Source: Alphaproteobacteria bacterium HGW-Alphaproteobacteria-18 (GTDB taxonomy: Bacteria > Pseudomonadota > Alphaproteobacteria > Caulobacterales > Hyphomonadaceae). Taken from it: 64,000 nt of DNA. Every line of letters starts with the position of its first letter. Positions within the stretch are counted from its first letter, which is position 1. This document shows, one piece after another, positions 56,080 to 64,000 of the stretch. The stretch is from assembly GCA_002841155.1 (NCBI GenBank), contig PHEH01000001.1:297825-361824 (forward strand), given 5' to 3'. The translations under genes were made by a program, and so were the position numbers. The notes below the pieces were generated by a model. The model made no database searches. It had not been told where the DNA came from and was given only the letters and a program-made list of their open reading frames with translations.

Positions 56080-57099
56080 ATGAGTATGAAACGGCGGATC
56101 GGGGACAGGCTGGTGCATCCCGTTGGCCTGGGGTGCATGAACATTATGCACGCTTATGGGCCGCCAGCGGATGAAGGCGAGGCCAAGGCGCTGCTCGTCC
56201 GTGCGCTGGATATTGGGTGTGACTTTCTCGATACGGCGACGATCTACGGCCTTGGCCGGAGCGAAGAGCTGATCGGAGAGGCGCTGGACGGCCACCGGAA
56301 AGAGTATTTTCTTGCGAGCAAATGCGTGCTGGGATTCCGGGAACGCGAACGCATTCTCGACGGGCGCCCGGAGGCGATAAAGGCGGCATGTGAGGCAAGT
56401 CTGAAACGTCTGAGAACGGACATCATTGACCTTTATTATCTTCACCGCCCCGACCACAAGGTTCCGGTGGAGGACTCTGCCGGGGCGATGGCCGACCTGA
56501 TCAAGGAAGGAAAAATCCGCCATTACGGCCTATCCGAAATGGGGGAAGATCAGCTGCGCCGGGCGCACGCGGTGCATCCTGTTGCGGCATTGCAGTCTGA
56601 ATATTCGCTTTGGGTGCGTAATCCGGAGATCGCTGTGCTGGAAGCGTGCCGGGAGCTTGGTGTGGCGCTGGTCGCGTTCTCACCGGTTGGGCGGGGTTTC
56701 CTGGCTGACCCGCCCGCTGATCCGGCAACATTCCACGCGATTGATATGCGCCGGTCCATGTTTCCGCGATTTTCTGATGAGTATTATGCAGGCAATCTGC
56801 CCCTGCTGGAAACGGCGCGGGTTGTAGCCGCCGAAGCGGAATGCAGCGTGGCGCAGCTCGCCATTGCCTGGACGATGGCCAAGGGTGAGCATGTGCTGCC
56901 CATTCCGGGTACGCGGAGTATTGCGCACATGGAAGAAAACCATGCGGCCGCTGCGGTTCGTCTGACGGCAGAGCAGGTGGCGCGGCTTGATGCAGCATTT
57001 GCGCCGGAGCGGGCTGTGGGGCCGCGATACTCTCCGGCGGGGCAAGCGAGCGTGACGACAGAAATGTTCGACTTCGAGAAGCGCCAGCATGGCGAATAA
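56080..57099 (+). CDS. Aldo/keto reductase
   Basis: GLGCM, DTATIYG, LASK, IDLYYLHR, GKIRHYGLSE, PIPGT. Confidence 0.96.
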   Translation: MSMKRRIGDRLVHPVGLGCMNIMHAYGPPADEGEAKALLVRALDIGCDFLDTATIYGLGRSEELIGEALDGHRKEYFLASKCVLGFRERERILDGRPEAIKAACEASLKRLRTDIIDLYYLHRPDHKVPVEDSAGAMADLIKEGKIRHYGLSEMGEDQLRRAHAVHPVAALQSEYSLWVRNPEIAVLEACRELGVALVAFSPVGRGFLADPPADPATFHAIDMRRSMFPRFSDEYYAGNLPLLETARVVAAEAECSVAQLAIAWTMAKGEHVLPIPGTRSIAHMEENHAAAAVRLTAEQVARLDAAFAPERAVGPRYSPAGQASVTTEMFDFEKRQHGE

Positions 57100-57745
57100 G
57101 CCGCCCGTGACGCTGGAAGAGCGCGGCGAAGGCGGGGATGGGCGGCGCTACTCGCCTTCAATAGCGCGAAACCGGGAGGCGATACGGGATGCGCTGAAGG
57201 CGCATCTGACATTGCCTGCGCGGGTACTTGAGATTGCCTCAGGGACGGGAGAACACGGCGCCTTCTTTGTAGACGAGATGCCTGGGCTCGATTGGACGTA
57301 TTCGGACATTGATGGTCCGAGTCTTGAGAGCCAACGCGCGTGGCGAGAGGCCAGTGGGTCTTTGCGGCTGAACGGGCCGTTGGAGATCAATGCAGCAGAT
57401 GCCAATTGGGGCGAAGCAGAGCAGCCGGAAACATGGGACGTTATCTTCAGTGCCAACATGGTGCATATCGCGCCGTTCGCAGCGGCCACAGGATTGATCG
57501 CAGGCGCGGGCAGACTGCTCAAGGCTGGCGGGATGCTGGTGCTCTACGGGCCGTTTGCGCGGGACAGTTTGATCGCGCCGTCGAATGCAGCGTTTGACGA
57601 CAGCCTGAAGAGCAGGGATGCGCGTTGGGGCGTGCGCGATCTGGACCGGGATCTGGTGCCTTTGGTGGAGAAGGCCGGGCTCCGCCTGGACGCAGTTATC
57701 CAGATGCCTGCCAACAATCTAACGGTGATCTTCCGGAAGGTTTAG
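57089..57745 (+). CDS. DUF938-family class I SAM-dependent methyltransferase
   Basis: SPSIARN, VLEIASGTGEH, ANMVHI, LYGPF, SNAAFD.SL, WGVRD, MPANN. Confidence 0.92.
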   Translation: MANKPPVTLEERGEGGDGRRYSPSIARNREAIRDALKAHLTLPARVLEIASGTGEHGAFFVDEMPGLDWTYSDIDGPSLESQRAWREASGSLRLNGPLEINAADANWGEAEQPETWDVIFSANMVHIAPFAAATGLIAGAGRLLKAGGMLVLYGPFARDSLIAPSNAAFDDSLKSRDARWGVRDLDRDLVPLVEKAGLRLDAVIQMPANNLTVIFRKV

Positions 57746-58224
57746 GCTTTCGGCGTCCAGTTTTCCGTGTCGTGATCGGGATGCTGATTGTTGCTGGCGC
57801 GGATGCGGGCGGCTTCTTCGGGCATGTCGTCTTCGGTGCTGCCGAAATCGTCGAGCACTTCGAACTGATCCATCTGAGGCAGGCGTCCCTCCATACCCAA
57901 CTGGAAATTCAGCGGAATGGATGCTGGATCATCGAAAGCGCCGATGCTCATCGAGATGTGCTGGTTGTCTTCGTGGCGATAGTAGAGCGGTGTGCCGCAA
58001 TCCCGGCAGAAGCCGCGGCGGGCTTTCTCAGAACTGTGGAACTCCGCCGGCGTTCCCCGCGTCCACTGAAAATCCGTATACGGGACGCCTACCAGAGCAG
58101 CAAAGAAGTTGCCGGTAGCTTTCTGGCACATGCGGCAATGGCAGACATGGGGATTGTTGCGCAAGCTTGCCGCGCGGAACCGGATGCGCCCGCATTGGCA
58201 ACCTCCAGTTCGCACAGGTGTCAT
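57742..58224 (-). CDS. GFA family Zn-binding protein
   Basis: GGCQCG, CHCRMCQK, RGFCRDCGTPL; start MTPVRT (ATG 58224). Confidence 0.93.
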   Translation of the reverse strand: MTPVRTGGCQCGRIRFRAASLRNNPHVCHCRMCQKATGNFFAALVGVPYTDFQWTRGTPAEFHSSEKARRGFCRDCGTPLYYRHEDNQHISMSIGAFDDPASIPLNFQLGMEGRLPQMDQFEVLDDFGSTEDDMPEEAARIRASNNQHPDHDTENWTPKA

Positions 58225-58228
58225 CAGC

Positions 58229-59968
58229 TCATTCCTTGCCACCACCAAACTGGGCGGTCCATTCGGCGATCTGTGTATCCTCGATCTTCTGGAAGAGAAC
58301 ATCCGGCGGCGTGATCGCATGGCCGCGCGGGATGGCGTCCAGAAGGCCGGCGAAGTCTTCGGGCTTCGAGGCATCTGGCATCTTGCGATTTTCTTCCGGA
58401 ATGCCGAGGGCGTCCAGGATTTTCTTTGCGGCATCCGGAATGATCGGCTGGGCGATGATGCCGAAGATGGCGGCAAGGTTTATGCCTGCGCGAACACCGA
58501 CGGCGGCCGCATCAACATCATTCTTGTACTTCACCCAGGGCTCGGCTTTGGTGAGATATTCATTGCCGGCGGCCCAGATGGCGCGGGTTTCGGCGGCGGC
58601 CTTGCGGAACTCCATGGCTTCGTAGAACTCAACAAGGCGAGGCAGGCGCTCGGCCAGTTCATTGGCCATCCACGCTTCGGCCTCGCCGGAGGTGCCGGTT
58701 TCGGGAACCTTTCCGTCGAACTTTGCGGCGCAGTATTTTGTGATCCGGTTGATGAAGTTGCCGAGTACGTTGGCAAGGTCGGAATTGACCGCCGCCTGGA
58801 AGCCTTCCCAGGTGAAGGCCGCGTCAGAGCCTTCGGGCGCATTGGAGATGAGATACCAGCGCCAATAGTCTGATGGCAGAAGGCTCAGCGCCTGATCCAT
58901 GAACACGCCGCGCTTCTGGCTGGTGGAGAACTTGCCACCATACCAGGTGACCCAGTTGAAGGCCTTGAGCTTGTCGACCGTTTTCCAGGGCTCGCCTGAG
59001 CCAAGCAGGGTGACGGGGAAGCTCACGGTATGGAAAGCGACGTTGTCCTTGCCCATGAACTGGACATATTCGGTCGCATCGGCGCCTTTATCCGTCAGCC
59101 AGAGACGTTCCCAATCATTGCCGGTGGCTTCCGCCCATTCCTGCGTGGCGGAGATGTAGCCGATCGGCGCATCGAACCAGACATAGAAGACCTTGTTTTC
59201 AAAACCCGGGCGCGGATTGCCCTCGGCGTCAGTCACCTTCACGCCCCAGCTGAGGTCGCGTGTAATGGCGCGGGCGATCAGGCCTTCATCAAGCCATTTG
59301 TTGGCGATGGAGACCGCCAGTGAGGGCCAGTTCTTGCCCTTGGTGTTCACCCAGTCGCGGATGCGGTCCTGCATGCCCGTCTGGAGCAGGTAGAGGTGGT
59401 CGGTGTCGCGGACCTCAATATTCCGGCTGCCGGAGACGGAAGAATAGGGATTGAGGAGATCGGTGGGATCGAGCAGGCGTCCGCAGCTGTCACACTGGTC
59501 GCCGCGAGCTTTTTCATAGCCGCAATGGGGGCAGGTACCTTCGACATAGCGGTCCGGCAGGAAACGGCCGTCATCGACGGCATAGACCTGTTTGGAGGTG
59601 CGCACTTCGATCAGGCCATTCTTTTCCAGCTGCTGGGCGAGATGCTGGGTGATCTTGTGGTTTGCTGGGCGGGAGGTGCGGCCAAACCAGTCGAAAGAGA
59701 GGTTAAACCCCTCTCCGGCCTTGCGCTGAACCTCATACTGTTCGTCGCAATAGGCCTGGACGCTCATCCCGGCGGCCTGCGCGGCGAGTTCCGCCGGCGT
59801 GCCGTGCTCGTCGGTAGCGCAGATATAGGTCACGTCATGGCCCAGAAGGCGCATCACCCGGGCGTACACATCGGCGGGCAGCATGGAGCCGGCAAGATTG
59901 CCGAGGTGTTTCACGCCGTTGATATAGGGCAGGGCCGAGGTGATGAGGATGCGCCGTTGCTGGGTCAT
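58229..59968 (-). CDS. metG: Methionine--tRNA ligase
   Basis: ITSALPYINGVKHLGN (HIGH), TDEHG, Zn knuckles CPHC..CDSCG, YVWFDAPIGY, GKDN, KFSTS (KMSKS). Confidence 0.98.
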   Translation of the reverse strand: MTQQRRILITSALPYINGVKHLGNLAGSMLPADVYARVMRLLGHDVTYICATDEHGTPAELAAQAAGMSVQAYCDEQYEVQRKAGEGFNLSFDWFGRTSRPANHKITQHLAQQLEKNGLIEVRTSKQVYAVDDGRFLPDRYVEGTCPHCGYEKARGDQCDSCGRLLDPTDLLNPYSSVSGSRNIEVRDTDHLYLLQTGMQDRIRDWVNTKGKNWPSLAVSIANKWLDEGLIARAITRDLSWGVKVTDAEGNPRPGFENKVFYVWFDAPIGYISATQEWAEATGNDWERLWLTDKGADATEYVQFMGKDNVAFHTVSFPVTLLGSGEPWKTVDKLKAFNWVTWYGGKFSTSQKRGVFMDQALSLLPSDYWRWYLISNAPEGSDAAFTWEGFQAAVNSDLANVLGNFINRITKYCAAKFDGKVPETGTSGEAEAWMANELAERLPRLVEFYEAMEFRKAAAETRAIWAAGNEYLTKAEPWVKYKNDVDAAAVGVRAGINLAAIFGIIAQPIIPDAAKKILDALGIPEENRKMPDASKPEDFAGLLDAIPRGHAITPPDVLFQKIEDTQIAEWTAQFGGGKE

Positions 59969-60035
59969 GGGGCCTTTTCAGAGCCTTTCTTTTGGAGAAT
60001 GCGCCTTTTAACGCGCCCGCCGGTAAAGGAAAGCT

Positions 60036-61220
60036 CTAGGCGCGGCCCCAATAGGTGACCCGTCTGAGCAGGACCTCCATCGGCCCTCTGGCGGCGAAGC
60101 TGCGCCACACGCCCACAATCACGAGAGAGGCAAGGCCAACCCCCAGAGCCGTGAGGATCGCCTGGGACGCAGACATCTGCCCGAAGAGGCCAAAGCCATA
60201 GCCTGCGAAAAGGAATGAAAAGACGACAGACTGCAGGAGATAGGCCGACAAGGAGGCGGAACCGGCGCGGGCGAAGAAACCTTTTACCGGGCCAGCCCTG
60301 CCTGTCGAGAACAGAGCAATCAGCCCCGCATAGCCAAGCGCCGAGCAGGCCGAAAAAGCCATAAGCACCGCGTTCCCCAGCATGAACTGACCCGAAACCA
60401 TCGCATCGGCATTCACAATCAGGCGTGCGCCCCACACGCTGCCAAGAAGACCCACCGGCAGAAAGACCCAGCGCGAGAGCTTCCATATCCGCGCCATCGG
60501 CTGGTCGATAACCCCGGCCTTTACGGCCGCCAGGCCGAGGCAGAAATAGCCGAAGACAGCAATGCCCTGCTGGATAAGGACGCTGGGAAGCACGAGGGGG
60601 AGTTGAGCAAGCCGCCAGCCGGCAACGTCCAGAAAGGCGCCTTCGGTGAACAGTCTGATCTGGGCCGCGTCGATCTCTGGATCACGGGCCTCGGCCATCG
60701 CTTCCGGGGCGTGGGTCTCGCCAGCGCTGATCAGGGCAGCGAACAGGAGCAGGATAGCGGTGTTGACCGCAATGAGCGCTATGCCCGTCTGGATGAGCGT
60801 TTTTACCGTAAGCCCCCGCATAGCGAAAAACAGACAACCCAGAAGCCCGTAGGTGATGAGGATGTCCCCATACCAGAAGAAGACGAAATGCAGGAAGCCG
60901 ATGACGATCAGCGCAGCCATGCGCCTGAAGTATCGCGCGCCGCCGTCTGCGCCCGACCGTGTGGCGGCCGACATCTGCCAGGCAAGCCCGGCGCCGAACA
61001 TCATGGCGAACAAGGGATAGGACTTCATGAGGAAAAACGAGGCCATGGCACCAAAGACGAATCGGTCTGCTGCCGTCTCCAGACCGTCCTCATAAAAGCC
61101 CGCAGACAGCGGTTGCGCAAAGCCAACAACATTCACCATCGCGATACCCAGAAGGGCAAAGGCCCTTAGCAGGTCTGGCATGAGCGCGCGCTCAGCAGGG
61201 GCAACTGGCGCGACTTCCAT
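60036..61220 (-). CDS. DUF418 (YeiB-like) membrane protein
   Basis: DLLRAFALLGI..VN, LFAMMFGAG, GDILITYG, SLSAYLLQS, GPMEVLLR; RBS GAGGAG before ATG 61220. Confidence 0.93.
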   Translation of the reverse strand: MEVAPVAPAERALMPDLLRAFALLGIAMVNVVGFAQPLSAGFYEDGLETAADRFVFGAMASFFLMKSYPLFAMMFGAGLAWQMSAATRSGADGGARYFRRMAALIVIGFLHFVFFWYGDILITYGLLGCLFFAMRGLTVKTLIQTGIALIAVNTAILLLFAALISAGETHAPEAMAEARDPEIDAAQIRLFTEGAFLDVAGWRLAQLPLVLPSVLIQQGIAVFGYFCLGLAAVKAGVIDQPMARIWKLSRWVFLPVGLLGSVWGARLIVNADAMVSGQFMLGNAVLMAFSACSALGYAGLIALFSTGRAGPVKGFFARAGSASLSAYLLQSVVFSFLFAGYGFGLFGQMSASQAILTALGVGLASLVIVGVWRSFAARGPMEVLLRRVTYWGRA

Positions 61221-61329
61221 GCTTTGGCTCCTCACTTGAATTTAATCAAACAGCTGGGCTAGATCCTGACAAGCTCCACAGCCTCGCGGCTTGCGCCGGG
61301 AAAAAGTTTCCGGTAACGCGGGCGTAAGT

Positions 61330-61405
61330 GCCGGCATAGCTCAGCTGGTAGAGCATCTGATTTGTAATCAGAGGGTCACGGGTTCGAGTCCTGTTGCCGG
61401 CACCA
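61330..61405 (+). tRNA. tRNA-Thr (anticodon TGT)
   Basis: GCCGGCA acceptor stem, D arm, anticodon arm CTGAT-TTTGTAA-ATCAG, T arm GGTTCGAGTCC, encoded CCA; 76 nt. Confidence 0.98.
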
Positions 61406-61456
61406 CTTTCCCGCCTTTTACGCCCGGCAGGCGGCGCGATCAGAGAAGGGGACAAG

Positions 61457-62269
61457 ATGCTGCGCAGCGTTCTAGCGGCGACCGAGTTTTCAAACAGGTG
61501 CGACATCGCCTTGGCGCGTGCTGTGCAGATCGCGACGCAGATGCGTGCTGATCTCACTCTGGTTCATGTCAGCAGTGACGGCAAAGCTGGCCACGATGAA
61601 CTTGATCAGGCCGCTCAAGCAAGCATGGCTGAAGGGTTGCTCGGGAGCGGTGACCCCTCGCGCTTCATTCTCGAGACAGCCAGGCGCAAAAAGGCAGACC
61701 TTCTCGTCCTCGGCGCGCCCGTGCGCAGCAGTGTCCGGGACTTCCTGTCTGGAACAACCGCCGAAAAAGTCATTCGCCATAGCCAGGTTCCCGTCCTCAT
61801 GGCGGCGGGGACATCCCCGGAGCCCTATCGGAAGGTAATATTGGCGACAGACTTTTCCGAAGCCTCCGAACATGCCGCCTACGCCCTCAAGAAGACCGGC
61901 CTTGCCGCCAATGCCCTCGTCCAGCTGGTCAATATCTATGAGACCCCGCAGATCCCTCTGATGATACGCGCCGGAACGAGTAGCGCTGAGATCGAGTCCT
62001 ATGTGGTCCAGCAGGGGCGGGTAGCAGCAGCGAAACTCGCGGAATTCGATGCCAAAACGCGGTGTGGTGCGTCCGCGTTCATTCCGAAACTGAGTCAGGC
62101 ATCAACTGGCCGCATGATCTGCACCCTGGCCGTTGAGACGGAGGCTGATCTGATTGTCGTTGGTACCCAGGGGCACAGCGGGATCAAACGATTCATGCTC
62201 GGGAGCGTCGCTGAGGAAGTGCTGCGTCTATCGCAAATGGATGTGCTCGCAATCCCGGTTTCTGCCTGA
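61457..62269 (+). CDS. Universal stress protein (tandem USP domains)
   Basis: VLAATEFS...GTTAEKVIRHSQVPVL and ILATDFSE...DLIVVGTQG...GSVAEEVLR. Confidence 0.93.
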   Translation: MLRSVLAATEFSNRCDIALARAVQIATQMRADLTLVHVSSDGKAGHDELDQAAQASMAEGLLGSGDPSRFILETARRKKADLLVLGAPVRSSVRDFLSGTTAEKVIRHSQVPVLMAAGTSPEPYRKVILATDFSEASEHAAYALKKTGLAANALVQLVNIYETPQIPLMIRAGTSSAEIESYVVQQGRVAAAKLAEFDAKTRCGASAFIPKLSQASTGRMICTLAVETEADLIVVGTQGHSGIKRFMLGSVAEEVLRLSQMDVLAIPVSA

Positions 62270-62437
62270 AATACCAGTGATAGTGCGTCTTTCTTTCATG
62301 AGGAAGAGACGCAACGGCAAGCGGAGGCTTCCTTGCGTCGCCTCAAGATTTGCGGCAATCCCGGAGCCATTAGAAATGCCGTGCAGCGCGGATGCTCGAT
62401 CCGCAAGTTCAGGGCTGGCTTATCAGGAGGAACGCGC

Positions 62438-63934
62438 GTGCGTGAGGCACATCATTTTATCAATGGCGCAAAGGTTTCCGGGACATCCGGGCGGTTTGGG
62501 GATGTTTTCGATCCCAATACGGGTAAGGTTCAAGGCCGCGTAGCGCTGGCGTCGAAGGCCGAGATGGGGGCCGCAGTGGACGCGGCACGTGCAGCCTTTC
62601 CTGGCTGGGCAGGCACCAATCCGCAGCGCCGGGCGCGGGTGATGTTCGAGTTCAAGCGCCTTGTGGAAGCCAACATCGACGACCTGGCGCACATGCTGTC
62701 TTCGGAGCATGGAAAGGTGATTGCCGACTCCAAAGGCGACGTGCAGCGCGGGCTGGATGTGGTGGAGTTTGCCTGCGGGATTCCGCATCTTCTCAAGGGC
62801 GAGTACACCGAAGGGGCGGGGCCCGGGATTGATGTGTACTCCATGCGCCAGCCACTGGGTGTCTGCGCTGGGATTACGCCGTTCAACTTCCCGGCCATGA
62901 TCCCCTGCTGGATGGCGGCTGTGGCGATTGCCTGCGGCAACACCTTCATCCTGAAGCCGTCTGAGAAAGACCCATCCGTGCCGATGCGGCTGGCAGAGCT
63001 GATGATGGAAGCGGGCCTGCCCAAGGGCGTGCTCAATGTCGTCAATGGTGACAAGGAAGCCGTCGATGCGATCCTGACCCATCCGGACATCAAGGCGGTG
63101 AGCTTTGTCGGATCGTCCGACATCGCACATTATGTCTATTCAACGGGCACCGCGAACGGCAAGCGCGTGCAGGCGATGGGCGGGGCGAAGAACCATGGCA
63201 TCATCCTGCCCGACGCCAATCTTGAGCAGGCGGTAAAAGACATTGTCGGGGCCGCCTATGGCTCGGCCGGTGAGCGCTGCATGGCGCTGCCTGTCGCGGT
63301 GACGGTCGGCAAGAAGACCGGCGATGAATTTGTTGCGCGGATGATCGAAGCCGCGCGCGGCCTGAAGGTCGGCATCTCCACCGATGCCGACGCCCATTAC
63401 GGCCCGGTTGTCTCGGCCGCGCACAAGGCGAAGGTCGAGAACTATATCCAGATGGGCATCGATGAGGGCGCAGACCTGCTGCTTGATGGCCGGGGCCTGA
63501 AGCTGCAGGGCAATGAGGGCGGGTATTTCATCGGTCCCAACCTCTTCGACAATGTCACCGCCTCGATGCAGTCCTACAGGGAAGAGATCTTCGGGCCTGT
63601 GCTGCAGGTGATGCGGGTCGAGACGCTGGAAGAGGCCGCTGCGCTGCCCTCCAACCATCAGTATGGGAATGGCTGCGCGATCTTCACCTCCAATGGCCGC
63701 GCCGCGCGCGAGTTTGCCGCGCAGGTCAATGTCGGCATGGTCGGCGTCAATGTGCCGATCCCGGTGCCGGTGGCCTATCACACCTTTGGCGGCTGGAAGC
63801 GCTCTGCCTTCGGCGATACGAACCAGCACGGCCCCGAAGGCATCCGCTTCTGGACCAAGATCAAGACAATCACGCAGCGCTGGCCCGAAGGCGATATCGG
63901 CGACCAGGCGTTTGTCATTCCGACGATGGGATAA
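62438..63934 (+). CDS. mmsA: Methylmalonate-semialdehyde dehydrogenase (CoA-acylating)
   Basis: GITPFNFPAM, KPSEKDP, FVGSSDIA, MGGAKNH, GERCMA, EEIFGPV, MVGVNVPIPVP; RBS AGGAGG before GTG 62438. Confidence 0.97.
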   Translation: MREAHHFINGAKVSGTSGRFGDVFDPNTGKVQGRVALASKAEMGAAVDAARAAFPGWAGTNPQRRARVMFEFKRLVEANIDDLAHMLSSEHGKVIADSKGDVQRGLDVVEFACGIPHLLKGEYTEGAGPGIDVYSMRQPLGVCAGITPFNFPAMIPCWMAAVAIACGNTFILKPSEKDPSVPMRLAELMMEAGLPKGVLNVVNGDKEAVDAILTHPDIKAVSFVGSSDIAHYVYSTGTANGKRVQAMGGAKNHGIILPDANLEQAVKDIVGAAYGSAGERCMALPVAVTVGKKTGDEFVARMIEAARGLKVGISTDADAHYGPVVSAAHKAKVENYIQMGIDEGADLLLDGRGLKLQGNEGGYFIGPNLFDNVTASMQSYREEIFGPVLQVMRVETLEEAAALPSNHQYGNGCAIFTSNGRAAREFAAQVNVGMVGVNVPIPVPVAYHTFGGWKRSAFGDTNQHGPEGIRFWTKIKTITQRWPEGDIGDQAFVIPTMG

Positions 63935-63940
63935 GCAGAT

Positions 63941-64000
63941 ATGACGACCTACAAGACCATCACCTTTGAACAGAAGGGCCGCGTGGCCCTGGTGACGCTG
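63941..64000 (+). CDS. Probable enoyl-CoA hydratase, N-terminal fragment running off the window
   Basis: MTTYKTITFEQKGRVALVTL resembles crotonase N-termini; follows mmsA. Only 20 codons are visible. Confidence 0.65.
   Translation, partial: MTTYKTITFEQKGRVALVTL

Noticed and set aside
61380-64000. tRNA-Thr as an integration site
   Set aside because: No duplicated tRNA 3' end, integrase or phage genes seen downstream within the window.

Overview
Chromosomal window of a GC-rich alphaproteobacterium. Gene content, order and protein style point to Caulobacterales/Hyphomonadaceae, probably Hyphomonas-like (inference). It is mostly core genes: addA (5'-truncated)-trxA, sdaA, tamAB, queF, a TetR-MFP-RND efflux unit, cysE, sua5, yceI genes, an RluF-like synthase, lepB, xseB-ispA-dxs, metG, tRNA-Thr(TGT) and mmsA. 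I saw no transposase, integrase, prophage, CRISPR array or rRNA. The most notable part is the minus-strand block at 8-25 kb: prolyl 4-hydroxylase-family oxygenase -> ElpS-like surface lipoprotein with a (T)SPPP-repeat linker -> TonB-dependent receptor -> complete gspC-N type II secretion cluster -> small unknown lipoprotein. The elpS-TBDR-gsp arrangement resembles the phosphate-starvation locus known from Caulobacter crescentus. New here are (i) a P4H gene directly upstream of a lipoprotein carrying extensin-like Ser-Pro3 repeats, (ii) a near-canonical Pho box that faces the P4H gene and covers the start codon of a divergent, apparently leaderless CAP-domain gene, and (iii) weaker 11-bp-period Pho-like repeats upstream of elpS and gspC. 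Other leads are a TamA with a lipobox, a candidate novel pilotin, an orphan antitoxin-like XRE with a leucine zipper, and a compositional mosaic. All calls come from reading motifs by eye; no database search was run.
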